Below are positions 31,239-41,370 of a stretch of DNA of 64,000 nucleotides, piece by piece. The DNA is from Candidatus Woesebacteria bacterium (GTDB taxonomy: Bacteria > Patescibacteriota > Microgenomatia > UBA8517): NCBI GenBank assembly GCA_013374855.1, contig CP055308.1, forward strand, positions 725,310 to 789,309, in the 5' to 3' direction. The notes under the pieces were generated by a model, which saw nothing but the letters and a program-made list of their open reading frames with translations, did no database searches and was not told where the DNA came from. Position numbers and translations under genes: made by a program. Position 1 is the first letter of the stretch. Each line of letters starts with the position of its first letter.

Positions 31239-32954
31239 CTAGCCTCGAGATATTGTATGTTGCCTTCTTAAACTTCTTAAATTCAAACTTATCTCAGACT
31301 TACTTTTCCCCAAAGCAGCCAAAACCGAAGAGACTATCCCAAGCGCTGCTTCAAATTCCGGTTGCACCACTTTGTCCACTCTTAAAAACCCAAGCCTGTG
31401 AAAATCTTCATCTAAGTGAGCTCGGGCAAATATCTTAACAGAAGAAGAAATAGTTTGAATCTGAGTAATTAGTTCCTCTTGAGCACCCCTATCCGGTATC
31501 GCTATAACTACGCACAATGCGCTACCCATACTTGCCTTGTCAATAATTTCAGGCTGACAAACATCTCCATATATTGTTTTGAAACCTTTTAGTTTTGCCT
31601 CTCTAATTGATTTTTCATTATAATCAACAACCAAAAAATCCACCCCCAACGAATCAAGAGCCCTACAAACCCACTTGCCTACTCTTCCATAACCACAAAC
31701 TACAATATGACCTGTCAAATTAAAACTATCTTCGCTATTCGACAAGCCTTTATCTAAATGTCTTTCCTTCAAAAACTTTATCCAAAAATGCGACTTTGAA
31801 AAATAGAAAGAAATTTTCTTCCAAAAATAAAAACGGAAGTTAAAAACAAAAGGACTAAAAACCAAAGACAAAACAGTAATCGCAACTCCCAACGAAAAAA
31901 CTTCTTTGCTTATAACCCCATAATTAGCACTTTGAGAAAAAACAATAAAAGCAAACTCTCCAACTTGTGTAAGACCTATACTTGAAAAAAAGGCTATCCT
32001 ACCCCGATAACCAAACAAAAAATTAACAAATAAAAAGACAAAGAATTTAACAGCAAAAACAAGAAAAAGCAACAAAACTATTCTCCCAAAATTTCCATAT
32101 ATAAATTGAAAAGAAAGACCAAATCCCAACGTCACAAAAAATAAAGCTACAAAAAGATCCCTTAGAGGCCTTGTTTCAGAAAACACAGCATGCTTTTCTT
32201 GCGTCTCAGAAATAACAAGCCCCGCAAGAAAGGCACCAATTGCAGCAGAAAATCCAAAAAAATTGGCAAGAAGAGCCGTTCCCAAAGCAAAAACAAACGA
32301 AACAAGAAGTAAAACTTCCCGTGAGTTAAGAATTGCAACTTGATGAATCACAAAAGGAACAACTCTCTTGGCAAAATAAAAAGCCGTCACAAGAAGAAAT
32401 GTAGCCTTAATAGAAGAAATAGCCAAAGAACCAAAAGAAAATCCCTCCCCCACAGAAAGAGAATTAACCAGAATCATAATAGGTAAAACTGCCAAATCCT
32501 GAACTATCAACCAGCCAATCATCAACTGACCATAGACAGACTCCAGCTCTCCTTTTTCTGAAAGAATTTTTACCACAACCGCAGTAGATGAAAGCGAAAA
32601 GCCCAATGACAAAATTAAAGCAGATCTTACATCAAAACCTAAAAATCGAATAAATAAAATGAAAATTAAAGTAGAAAAAAGTATTTGTAAAAACCCACCC
32701 AATAAAGCAATCTTAAAAACTTTTTCGATTCTTTTTAGAGACATCTCTACACCTAAAGAAAAAAGAAGCAAAATTGCCCCGATTTCCGCCAATTTCTCCA
32801 CTTCCCAAAAGCCAAGTGGCAGAAAAGAAGATACCAAAACACCAGCCAAAATATAACCCACAAACGCCTCTACTTTAAAAAGTAAGACCAAAATTCCTCC
32901 AACCAAAGATGCTATAAGAAAAAAGAAAATCGCAGTTATTAAAGAAGAATCCAT
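31239..32954 (-). CDS. Kef-type monovalent cation:proton antiporter with C-terminal RCK/TrkA-N domain
   Basis: About 11 TM helices, then a GxGxxG Rossmann motif (HIVVCGYGRVGKWVCRAL..VVDYN). Confidence 0.75.
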   Translation of the reverse strand: MDSSLITAIFFFLIASLVGGILVLLFKVEAFVGYILAGVLVSSFLPLGFWEVEKLAEIGAILLLFSLGVEMSLKRIEKVFKIALLGGFLQILFSTLIFILFIRFLGFDVRSALILSLGFSLSSTAVVVKILSEKGELESVYGQLMIGWLIVQDLAVLPIMILVNSLSVGEGFSFGSLAISSIKATFLLVTAFYFAKRVVPFVIHQVAILNSREVLLLVSFVFALGTALLANFFGFSAAIGAFLAGLVISETQEKHAVFSETRPLRDLFVALFFVTLGFGLSFQFIYGNFGRIVLLLFLVFAVKFFVFLFVNFLFGYRGRIAFFSSIGLTQVGEFAFIVFSQSANYGVISKEVFSLGVAITVLSLVFSPFVFNFRFYFWKKISFYFSKSHFWIKFLKERHLDKGLSNSEDSFNLTGHIVVCGYGRVGKWVCRALDSLGVDFLVVDYNEKSIREAKLKGFKTIYGDVCQPEIIDKASMGSALCVVIAIPDRGAQEELITQIQTISSSVKIFARAHLDEDFHRLGFLRVDKVVQPEFEAALGIVSSVLAALGKSKSEISLNLRSLRRQHTISRG

Positions 32955-32996
32955 ATAAATCCATTTTAGAAGAAAAACAAGGCCCTGTAAACAAAA

Positions 32997-33761
32997 TTAG
33001 TTTATTTTTTCAAGTTTTTCCAAAGTTTGTTGAAGATCAGAAGGCAGATCACTCACTAATTCAATCTTCCTAGAATCCACCGGGTGAAAAAAACAAAGAT
33101 AAAAAGCGTGCAAAAAAAGGCGCGGACACCATAAAAGATCATTTCTCGATACCTTTCTCCCAGCATAAAAAGTATCAGAAACCAAAGGATTACCTAAATA
33201 TTTAAAATGTACTCTAATCTGGTGAGTCCTTCCAGTTTTTGGAAATATTTTAACCAAGCTAAAAAATTCACCCGTATTCTTGTTTTTATAAACAGCTTCA
33301 AGTTGGTAAAAAGTACTCGCTTCCCTACCCCCAGGGAAAACTCCAAAACGTTCTCTGTTCCAAGGCAATCTACCCACAGGAGCATTTATCTCGCCCTGAA
33401 GGCAAGAAATCCTGCCATGAGCTAAAGCAAGATAACCCTTTTTTATCTCCCTTTTCTTGAATTGACTTTGCAAAGCAAAAAAAACATTTCTCTCTTTTGC
33501 CACCAGAACAAGACCACTTGTAGGTTTATCTAAACGGTGCACTATTCCACTTCTCAAATTCTCATCAGATGAGATAGTGTAAGAAAAATTTTTCTTTAGG
33601 TAATCTTGCAAAACAAAATCATCGCTTCTTATTGTAGAAGAATCGTTTACCACCCAACCTGCTGGTTTGTCGAAAACTAAGATAAAATCATCCTCAAAAA
33701 CCACACGAGGAAAAATCTTTTTTGGAGCTATTTCTCCTTTTCGGCTTGACATTTGGCACAC
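32997..33761 (-). CDS. RluA-family pseudouridine synthase
   Basis: GIVHRLDKPTSGLVLVAKE holds the catalytic Asp motif. Confidence 0.8.
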   Translation of the reverse strand: MCQMSSRKGEIAPKKIFPRVVFEDDFILVFDKPAGWVVNDSSTIRSDDFVLQDYLKKNFSYTISSDENLRSGIVHRLDKPTSGLVLVAKERNVFFALQSQFKKREIKKGYLALAHGRISCLQGEINAPVGRLPWNRERFGVFPGGREASTFYQLEAVYKNKNTGEFFSLVKIFPKTGRTHQIRVHFKYLGNPLVSDTFYAGRKVSRNDLLWCPRLFLHAFYLCFFHPVDSRKIELVSDLPSDLQQTLEKLEKIN

Positions 33762-34138
33762 AAAGTGGCCTCTGGATAAACAACCAATCTATCTGTATCT
33801 ATCATTTTGCCACAGCTTTCACAAATACCATACTTCCCAATCTTAATCCTTGCCAAAGCTTTCCTCGTTTGGATAATCTTGCGGTCCACTTCTTTTCTAA
33901 TTGCACTAACTCTGGCATGACCAAATTGTTCTGCCGCATCATCATCAGGAGAAGCATTACTGACCAATCTTTCTGTATCTTGAAAAGGATCTTCTTTAAC
34001 TATTCTGTCTCTGGTTCTCAGGAGATTACTAAGACTGCTTCTTAGAAACAAAGAGACCGGCTTCAAAACAGAAGCAGGAAAACGAACTATTCTATCTTCC
34101 CTTTCTTTTCCTTTAATTTCTCCTTTCTTACTTTTCAT
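33728..34138 (-). CDS. DksA/TraR-family C4 zinc-finger protein
   Basis: C-terminal ICESCGKMIDTDRLVVYPEATLCAKCQ. Confidence 0.6.
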   Translation of the reverse strand: MKSKKGEIKGKEREDRIVRFPASVLKPVSLFLRSSLSNLLRTRDRIVKEDPFQDTERLVSNASPDDDAAEQFGHARVSAIRKEVDRKIIQTRKALARIKIGKYGICESCGKMIDTDRLVVYPEATLCAKCQAEKEK

Positions 34139-34743
34139 CTTGATAAGAACAATAATAACAAAAAAAACAAAAAAGCAAAAGCTACTGATAAGATTTTATC
34201 CGCACTACCTGCAAAGGATAGCATAAAAGGAAAAAAATATGCAACCAGAAAACGAATTAGGAAAAAAACAATTGAAACACTAAGACCGGAAAAACCAATT
34301 TTACCCGACTTGTACCAAGTGAATTGTTTGTATCTCAGATTCAAAAATACATAAAGCAAAATTAGTAACCAAATAAGAACAAATCCTAAAAAGGAAAACC
34401 AGCTTAAAGTCTTCATTGCATCAAGTAAAAATATGAAGCTAAACCAGGGTAAGATGGAAATAAAAGAAGCCTCATATGTCTCAAAAAAACGAAGCTTAAA
34501 TCTCCAGACAGAAAACAGAACAGAAATCAAGAAAACAAAGAAGGCAGCCCAAAACCAAAAGTCCGTTGAGTAAAAATTTAGAACCAAAAACAAAAGACAA
34601 AAACCAATAATTATCAAGAAAGAGGTCGAAAATATCTGAGATGAAGTATAGTCTTCCTTCATTTTCTTCCAAAAAAGAAAAAGGAAGATAAAAATTCCCA
34701 GCAAATTAAAGAAAAAAACATAAAACAGCATAAATTCAAACAA
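34135..34743 (-). CDS. integral membrane protein, unknown function
   Basis: About 6 TM helices and no conserved motifs recognised. Confidence 0.35.
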   Translation of the reverse strand: MFEFMLFYVFFFNLLGIFIFLFLFWKKMKEDYTSSQIFSTSFLIIIGFCLLFLVLNFYSTDFWFWAAFFVFLISVLFSVWRFKLRFFETYEASFISILPWFSFIFLLDAMKTLSWFSFLGFVLIWLLILLYVFLNLRYKQFTWYKSGKIGFSGLSVSIVFFLIRFLVAYFFPFMLSFAGSADKILSVAFAFLFFLLLLFLSR

Positions 34744-34802
34744 TTATAACATTAAGCACAAATAAGTAAAAAATATAACACTAGCAATGAATCTCAAATA
34801 AA

Positions 34803-35336
34803 TTGCGCTCTGTGCTTTTGCTGTTTTTCACAACACTGTTGACCTTATGGATCAAAAAATATAAAATAAAGCTTGTGCTTGAGACACCACATACATTAGT
34901 TGGGGCCGCACTGGCTACCAAAATTCCAAACCCATTTATTTCTCTGCCACTTGCGCTAGCAAGTCATTTTATTCTTGATAAACTGCCTCACTGGAACCCA
35001 CATCTTTATACCGAAAAAAAAGAAAATGGAAAAATAAGCAAAAAATCATTTGCCATCGTAGTTCTTGATTCCTCAGTAGCTCTTGTAAGTGGAATATTAA
35101 TTGCCTTAACTCAATCAAAAAGCATTATGCATTTCTTCATAATAATAGCTGCTTGTTTCCTATCAGTTCTTCCTGACATAGTCGAATCTCCCTATTTTTT
35201 CTTAAATAAAAAATCCGTCCTAATGGAAAAATGGGTTATTTTTCAAAAATCGATACAAAACAACAGCAATTTTCTCTGGGGAATAACAACTCAAATAATA
35301 ACAGCAGGAGCAGCTATATGGTGGATATTAGGTTGA
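34803..35336 (+). CDS. integral membrane protein, unknown function
   Basis: About 5 TM helices. Confidence 0.35.
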   Translation: MRSVLLLFFTTLLTLWIKKYKIKLVLETPHTLVGAALATKIPNPFISLPLALASHFILDKLPHWNPHLYTEKKENGKISKKSFAIVVLDSSVALVSGILIALTQSKSIMHFFIIIAACFLSVLPDIVESPYFFLNKKSVLMEKWVIFQKSIQNNSNFLWGITTQIITAGAAIWWILG

Positions 35337-35343
35337 AAGCACT

Positions 35344-35907
35344 TTAGTCTTTAGCTCTTTCCACATACTGGCCTGTCCTAGTGTCAACTCTTATTAAATC
35401 CCCCTTATTTATAAAAAGTGGCACTTTAACATCAAGACCATTCTCCAGCTTGGCGGGCTTGTAGACATTAGTAGCAGAATTACCTTTGACCCCCGGTGTA
35501 GTATCCACTACCCTCAAAACAACCTTCGGTGGAATAGAAACTGAAAGTGGTTTGTCTTCCCAAAAAAGAACATCAACAGCATCACCCTCTTTAAGATAAT
35601 GGATCTCGTTTTCAATAACATCAACAGATATTTCCACCTGCTCAAAAGTAGAAGGGTCTAAAAAAAAGGCAGAATTGCTGTCAGAATAAAGAAAATTAAG
35701 TTTTTTCTTTGAGGTTAGCACTTCTTCAACTTTAATATTGGAACTAAATGTCTTGTCTTCAACCGAACCATCTATCAAATTACGTGCAGTTACCCTTACA
35801 ATAGCCCCACCCCGCCCCATCTTAATAAGGCTATATTTTATAACCTGATACGGCTTTCCATTTGCAAGAAAAGCTACTCCAGCTTTTAAGTCAGTTGCTC
35901 CGATCAT
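35344..35907 (-). CDS. efp: elongation factor P
   Basis: ..MIGATDLKAGVAFLANGKPYQVIKYSLIKMGRGGAIVRV.. is the KOW-like N-domain with the conserved K/R loop. The track ORF extends to 35940; the internal Met is the more likely start. Confidence 0.85.
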   Translation of the reverse strand: MIGATDLKAGVAFLANGKPYQVIKYSLIKMGRGGAIVRVTARNLIDGSVEDKTFSSNIKVEEVLTSKKKLNFLYSDSNSAFFLDPSTFEQVEISVDVIENEIHYLKEGDAVDVLFWEDKPLSVSIPPKVVLRVVDTTPGVKGNSATNVYKPAKLENGLDVKVPLFINKGDLIRVDTRTGQYVERAKD

Positions 35908-36015
35908 ACAAGGCTTTATTTTATCTCTAGCACAGAACAAGAGTCAACAACACAAATAGCATTCTATTCCTCTTAATTTTTAAGATTTATGATAAAATAT
36001 AACTTGCACTTTTGA

Positions 36016-36101
36016 GGGCAAGTGCTGAAATTGGCAGACAGGCAAGTCTCAAAAACTTGTGGTGCGAAAGCATCGTGAGGGTTCGAATCCCTCCTTGCCC
36101 A
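36016..36101 (+). tRNA. tRNA-Leu (anticodon CAA), class II with long variable arm
   Basis: Acceptor GGGCAAG/CTTGCCC, anticodon stem CAAGT/ACTTG with loop CTCAAAA, variable arm TGGTGCGAAAGCATCGT, and T-arm GAGGGTTCGAATCCCTC. The discriminator is A and CCA is not encoded. Confidence 0.85.
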
Positions 36102-36166
36102 CCCTCAACCATCATTAGAATTTAGACATAAAAATCTAATTCCCAAATCATAAATTTTCATCTCCA

Positions 36167-37477
36167 CTACTCCCTCTTTGTCTCCCTCCCATAAAATCTA
36201 ATCCTATCCCCCTTGAAGTAAAGCTTAATAGAAGAGAGGGGACCATTCCGATGTTTGGCTATATCGAGTGTAACATTCTCTAGATTCTCCTCATCATCAC
36301 GCCAAAGAAACATAACAACATCTGCATCCTGCTCTATAGAACCCGATTCACGAAGATCCGCCAATTGTGGCCTCTTCTCTCCCCTCTGTTCAACCGCTCG
36401 TGAAAGTTGAGACAAAGCAAGAACTGGAATCTTAAGCTCGCGAGCTAAATTTTTAAGACCCTGAGAAATTTCAGAAACCTCCTGAACCCTGTTCTCCAAT
36501 TGGCGTGATCGTGCAAGCTGCAAGTAATCCACAATAAGCAAATCTATACCCACATCAATCTGTAACTTTCTTGCTCTTGTTCTCATTTCCATAATAGACA
36601 AAGCTGGGGTGTCATCAATATAAATAGGGGCTTCTGCCAAAACACCCATCGCATTGGAAAGAGCGGTGAAATCATCCTCTGACAATTTACCTGTTTTTAG
36701 TCTCCAGGCATCAATATCTGCTTGAGCAACCAAAAGCCTGTCCACAAGCTCCTCTTTGCTCATTTCCAAAGAAAATATAGCAACAGGGCGAGAATACTCA
36801 ACAGCCAAATTTTGAGCGATATTTAAGGCAAGAGTTGTCTTCCCCACACCAGGACGAGCAGCCAAAATCAAAAGATTAGATCTTTGCATCCCAGCCAACA
36901 CATTATCAAGATCCTTAAAACCCGTTGGCACACCTCTTAACCCTTCAGCCTGTTTATGCAACTCATCTAACCTATCAAAACTTTCAGCTAAAGCTTCTCT
37001 CACTGGTGTGAAAGTACGAAAAACATGTTTTTGGGAGATGGAAAAAATTTGAGATTCTGCTTTATCAAGAAGCTCATCCGCTGAAATACCCTCATCAAAA
37101 GACATTTCAACCACTTTACTTGCAATAGAAATAAGATTTCTTCTTGTTGATAAATCTTTAACTATCTTTGCATAATGCTCAACATGGGCTGCTGTTGGAA
37201 CCTGAGATGCAAGCTCTGCCAAATAAGAAGAACCCCCTGCTTTCTTAAGCATTTTTTTCTTTTTCAATTTATCACTAACCGTCAATATATCAATCGGCGA
37301 CCTCTCTTCATAGAGAGAAAGACATGCTTCAAAAATAAGTCTGTGTGCAGTTTCATAAAAATCTTCAGGTAGCAAAATTTCAGCAACCGCAATAATTGCG
37401 TGTTTGTCGATAAGCAATGAACCCAACACTGAACTTTCTGCTTCCTTTGAGTAAGGAGGAACTCGCAAATCTGACAT
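36167..37477 (-). CDS. dnaB: replicative DNA helicase DnaB
   Basis: Walker A ARPGVGKTTLALNIAQN, an N-terminal DnaB domain and a RecA-like C-domain (SLEMS..). Confidence 0.9.
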   Translation of the reverse strand: MSDLRVPPYSKEAESSVLGSLLIDKHAIIAVAEILLPEDFYETAHRLIFEACLSLYEERSPIDILTVSDKLKKKKMLKKAGGSSYLAELASQVPTAAHVEHYAKIVKDLSTRRNLISIASKVVEMSFDEGISADELLDKAESQIFSISQKHVFRTFTPVREALAESFDRLDELHKQAEGLRGVPTGFKDLDNVLAGMQRSNLLILAARPGVGKTTLALNIAQNLAVEYSRPVAIFSLEMSKEELVDRLLVAQADIDAWRLKTGKLSEDDFTALSNAMGVLAEAPIYIDDTPALSIMEMRTRARKLQIDVGIDLLIVDYLQLARSRQLENRVQEVSEISQGLKNLARELKIPVLALSQLSRAVEQRGEKRPQLADLRESGSIEQDADVVMFLWRDDEENLENVTLDIAKHRNGPLSSIKLYFKGDRIRFYGRETKRE

Positions 37478-37495
37478 ATTTAAAAGAAGGCAGAA

Positions 37496-38143
37496 TTATT
37501 TACGCTCAAGCAAAAACACCCTCTGATCTTCACTCAAATCTTCTGGTCTTAAAGAAAGTTTGGCTGCTTTCTCTACTGGCAGTAAGGATTCCTTAAGAAA
37601 CTCTTCCACTGGCAACAAACCATCAAAATAATCTCTATTTATACCTTCAAAACAAAAATGCATTGGCACCACAATCTGTGGCTCAAGAAGCTTTACCATT
37701 TCTACAGCTTCTTTAGGCCCAAGTGAATACTTACCACCAACCGGAACAATCAATACATTAACTTCTCCAATTTCTTCCACCAATTTATCGGATATAATAT
37801 GACCCAGATCACCAAGATGCAAAACTTTTATACCCTCCACCTCCAAAAGATAAATGGTGTTTTTCCCCCTTTCTTCCCCACTTCTTTTGTCATGAAAGGT
37901 AGAGTATCCAAAAATTGAAATTCCACCCACCTCATACTCACCGGGAAAAGAAATTACCTTCCGATATCCTCGGGCTCTTTCAATACAACTATGATCGGGA
38001 TGGGTGTGACTTACAAGAACAACATCCACTTCTTGAATTGGCAAAGGAATACCAACCATTTTGGGGTCAAAAGGATCAACTAAGACTTTTGTCTGTTTTG
38101 ATTTTATATTAAAGCAGGCATGACCCAAATAAGATATATCCAT
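37496..38143 (-). CDS. MBL-fold metallo-hydrolase
   Basis: VLVSHTHPDHS is the HxHxDH motif. The likely start is the internal Met (MDISYLGHACF); the track ORF runs to 38215. Confidence 0.7.
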   Translation of the reverse strand: MDISYLGHACFNIKSKQTKVLVDPFDPKMVGIPLPIQEVDVVLVSHTHPDHSCIERARGYRKVISFPGEYEVGGISIFGYSTFHDKRSGEERGKNTIYLLEVEGIKVLHLGDLGHIISDKLVEEIGEVNVLIVPVGGKYSLGPKEAVEMVKLLEPQIVVPMHFCFEGINRDYFDGLLPVEEFLKESLLPVEKAAKLSLRPEDLSEDQRVFLLERK

Positions 38144-38208
38144 ACCATGGATACTAACAAACCAGAAAAAAATTGGCAATACCCACAATTGAATAGCAAT
38201 AAAATCCC

Positions 38209-38688
38209 TTGACAAAAACGGTTTATAAATTTATATTTAAGCCCGAAGCCCAAAAATTTATGCGAAAAGAAATTTTCTTTGCACTCTTAACGGGAATAGC
38301 TTTTGGCTTAGTAGTCGCCTTTGGAATCTGGAAAACTAATTACAAGACAGAACCAACCTCCGAGGAAAAACAAACTATCATCTCAGAAAACAAAGAAAAA
38401 CAACAAGAAAAAGAAACCAGCAACGGAATTACAATATTTAAACCAGAAGAAAACGAAATTTTAAATCAAGAAACTACTATAATCGAAGGCATAACAGAAC
38501 CTAACGCTAAATTAGCCATTTCTGCTGAAGAAAAAGATTATTTAATAACCGCTGACCAAAATGGTGGATTCAGCCAAGAAATAAAACTAACAGGAGGAAT
38601 AAACGAAATTTTAATCACCGCATTTACCCAAAAAGGAGAAGTTAATACACTACTGCCCATCGTTTACTCAAAAGAATTTGAAAGATGA
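38209..38688 (+). CDS. hypothetical membrane-anchored/secreted protein
   Basis: TM anchor IFFALLTGIAFGLVVAFGIW, then a low-complexity segment. Confidence 0.3.
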   Translation: MTKTVYKFIFKPEAQKFMRKEIFFALLTGIAFGLVVAFGIWKTNYKTEPTSEEKQTIISENKEKQQEKETSNGITIFKPEENEILNQETTIIEGITEPNAKLAISAEEKDYLITADQNGGFSQEIKLTGGINEILITAFTQKGEVNTLLPIVYSKEFER

Positions 38689-39326
38689 TAAACAAAAAAA
38701 TCACAATCACAATTTTTATTACACTTGCCTTAGTCAAGACGTGCCCAATTAAGGCTCAAGATGTTTCAACCTCCTCCGATGAAATCAGAAAAAAAGTGCA
38801 AGAAAAGATAGCTCAAATAAGTCAAAAGCCAAAGGGGTACGTTGGCACAATCACAGATATTTCAACCAACACCATCCAAGCAAGAAAATACATATTTGAT
38901 AATAACAACAAAAAAACAGGTGATATTTTCCAAATAAAGATAACTGAAAACACTAGCTTTTCAGACAATAAAGAGACCGCAAGACAAATAAAGTTTCAGG
39001 ACTTGGCAATTGGTGATTTTGCCATATTTATGGGTAAGGGAGTAAACGGAGGAACTTTTGAAGCATCAAGAATAGTTGTTATAAAACCACTTGCCCCAAT
39101 CAAAAGAGCGAGCTTAAGATTGAAAATAACAAAGGTAGAAAAACAAAAAATAATCGCTTCAAGTTCAAACGGAGACTATACAATAATAACTGACAAAAAC
39201 ACATCTATAGTTGATTCCAAAGGTAAAAAAACTGACACAAAGGATTTAGAAAAAGAGACTTCAATAATAGTCTGTGGCGAAAAAGAAGAAAAAACAATCA
39301 AAGCAAGAACAATATTTTTGGAATAA
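38685..39326 (+). CDS. hypothetical secreted protein
   Basis: Signal peptide KITITIFITLALVKTCPIKA. No motif recognised. Confidence 0.3.
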   Translation: MINKKITITIFITLALVKTCPIKAQDVSTSSDEIRKKVQEKIAQISQKPKGYVGTITDISTNTIQARKYIFDNNNKKTGDIFQIKITENTSFSDNKETARQIKFQDLAIGDFAIFMGKGVNGGTFEASRIVVIKPLAPIKRASLRLKITKVEKQKIIASSSNGDYTIITDKNTSIVDSKGKKTDTKDLEKETSIIVCGEKEEKTIKARTIFLE

Positions 39327-39367
39327 AAGCAAAAATTAATTTTCACTCTCCCGTTTATCTGTAGCAA

Positions 39368-40321
39368 TTGAAAGATCTCTCTCATTTTTTCTATAATTTT
39401 GCAATGCCCAACAACAAAAGATTAAAAGCATACCTATACCTACTTTTAGTATCTATAATTTGGGGTGCAGCAGGACCTGTAATTAAGTATACCCTTTCCG
39501 GTATCTCTGCTATACCATTTCTGTTCTATCGTTTTCTTATTTCCTCTACAATTTCTTTAATAATTCTTTTAAAAAACAAAAATCTGTTTCCTCCACTCTC
39601 AAAATTACCACTTGTAATACTATACTCAATCTTTGCTGTAAGCCTTTCACTCGGTTTCCTTTTCATGGGGCTTGAAAAAACCACAATGCTTGAAACCGTT
39701 ATTATTACCACCTTCAATCCTCTTCTTATAACATTAGCTGGAGCATTGTTTTTCAGAGATCAAATAACCAAACAAGAAAAACTCGGAACCGCTATCGCAT
39801 TTGCCGGCACTGCTATTGCTGTATCTCAACCTTTGTTTAATGGAGAAGATGGCACCACTCTTTCGGGAAACATTCTGGTTTTTTCCTACTTAATTACCAA
39901 CACCGCCGGGGCTATACTTGCCAAAAAATTAGCAAGAAATAACATATCGCCAACTTTCACTTCCAACTTTTCTTTTATCATCGGTCTTATCACACTTACT
40001 CCCTTTGCTCTAAAAGAAAAGGAACTAGCCTTCCAATCAATTTATAACTTAAGTCCCAACTTCCATCTTGGTGTTTTGTACATGGCAATTATTTCCGGGA
40101 ATTTAGCCTACTACCTTTGGGTTAGAGGACAAAAAACAATAGAAATAAGCGAGGCGTCACTTTTTTCCTATCTTCAACCTCTGTTTTCCACCCCACTTGC
40201 CGTACTTTGGCTTGGAGAGACAATAACCCCAATATTTATAATAGGAGCAACTCTTATTGCAACAGGTGTGACAATTGCAGAAAGCAAAAAAAGTCTTGTT
40301 GCCTCATTAAGAAGGCAGTGA
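39368..40321 (+). CDS. EamA/DMT-family transporter
   Basis: 10 TM helices in two EamA-like halves (..LVSIIWGAAGPVIKY..). Confidence 0.65.
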   Translation: MKDLSHFFYNFAMPNNKRLKAYLYLLLVSIIWGAAGPVIKYTLSGISAIPFLFYRFLISSTISLIILLKNKNLFPPLSKLPLVILYSIFAVSLSLGFLFMGLEKTTMLETVIITTFNPLLITLAGALFFRDQITKQEKLGTAIAFAGTAIAVSQPLFNGEDGTTLSGNILVFSYLITNTAGAILAKKLARNNISPTFTSNFSFIIGLITLTPFALKEKELAFQSIYNLSPNFHLGVLYMAIISGNLAYYLWVRGQKTIEISEASLFSYLQPLFSTPLAVLWLGETITPIFIIGATLIATGVTIAESKKSLVASLRRQ

Positions 40322-40333
40322 TATAATTTAATT

Positions 40334-40636
40334 ATGAAAGCGGGAATTCATCCAAAATGGTATCCGGATTGTAAAGTAACCTGTGCTTGTGGAAACACAT
40401 TCACAATTGGTGCAGCAGTGCCTGAGATAAAAGTTGAAGTATGTTCAGCTTGTCACCCATTTTACACAGGTCAAATGAAATATGTCGACACATCGGGCCG
40501 TGTTGAAGCTTTCTTAAACAAAAGAAGCAAAGCTAAAAAGAAAGTTATTTCCAAGAAAGAAAAGAGGCTTCTCAAGAAACAAAAAAGGATTGAAAAAGAG
40601 CTTGAAAAACCTGAAACTTTGGCTGAATTAAGATAA
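40334..40636 (+). CDS. rpmE: 50S ribosomal protein L31 type A with Lys-rich C-terminal extension
   Basis: [33 protein letters not shown], then about 30 extra residues ([30 protein letters not shown]). Confidence 0.85.
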   Translation: MKAGIHPKWYPDCKVTCACGNTFTIGAAVPEIKVEVCSACHPFYTGQMKYVDTSGRVEAFLNKRSKAKKKVISKKEKRLLKKQKRIEKELEKPETLAELR

Positions 40637-40659
40637 AATCTTCCTCTAAACTAGACTCT

Positions 40660-41355
40660 ATGGAAAACTTCCAAACTATATACATTGAAGTAAAAGGTGC
40701 AACAGGTGGAGACGAGGCGAAATTGTGGGCAACAGATCTATTGAGAATGTACCTAAAATATGCAACGCGCAAAGGATGGAAAGCCGCTCCTGCAGATGAA
40801 AATACACTTATTGTAAAAGGCTTTGAGGCCTTTGATTGTCTTAAAAATGAAACAGGAGTACACCGCGTTCAAAGAATACCAGTAACAGAAAAAAGAGGAC
40901 GAATTCACACTTCAACCGCCACAGTTGTAGTATTGCCTGAAATAAAAGAAAGCGAAATAAATATTGATCCAAAAGACATTGAGATTCAATTTTTCAGAGC
41001 TGGCGGTCACGGCGGACAAAATGTGAACAAAGTTTCAACTGCAGTAAGAATAATTCATAAACCCACAGGAATTGTAACAACAGCTTCTCAAGAAAGGTTT
41101 CAGGAACAAAACAGACAAATTGCAATGTCTTTGCTTCGCTCAAGACTTTGGGAATTAGAAGAAGAAAGAAAATCAAGAGAAATAGCAAATTACCGCTCCC
41201 CTATTGGAAGAGGAAAAAGATCAGAAAAAATAAGAACCTATAATTTTCCCCAAGACAGATTAACTGACCACAGAATCGGCAAATCTTTTGGAAATCTCGA
41301 AGACATACTTGATGGCAATCTAGACAAAGTAATAGAACTAACAAAAAATTTGTAA
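40660..41355 (+). CDS. prfA: peptide chain release factor 1-like protein comprising domains 2-4 only (N-terminal domain 1 absent)
   Basis: GGQ motif ([14 protein letters not shown]). The PVT tripeptide ([23 protein letters not shown]) is the RF1 PxT type. It aligns to E. coli RF1 from about residue 112. Only 231 aa, starting 23 nt after rpmE. Confidence 0.75.
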   Translation: MENFQTIYIEVKGATGGDEAKLWATDLLRMYLKYATRKGWKAAPADENTLIVKGFEAFDCLKNETGVHRVQRIPVTEKRGRIHTSTATVVVLPEIKESEINIDPKDIEIQFFRAGGHGGQNVNKVSTAVRIIHKPTGIVTTASQERFQEQNRQIAMSLLRSRLWELEEERKSREIANYRSPIGRGKRSEKIRTYNFPQDRLTDHRIGKSFGNLEDILDGNLDKVIELTKNL

Positions 41356-41370
41356 AGCAGAGAAAAGAAA

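Noticed and set aside
40540-40640. The L31 C-terminal tail as a split-off piece of RF1 domain 1
   Set aside because: The tail is Lys-rich low complexity with no similarity to the RF1 N-terminal helical domain. The two genes are in different frames with separate stops and starts.
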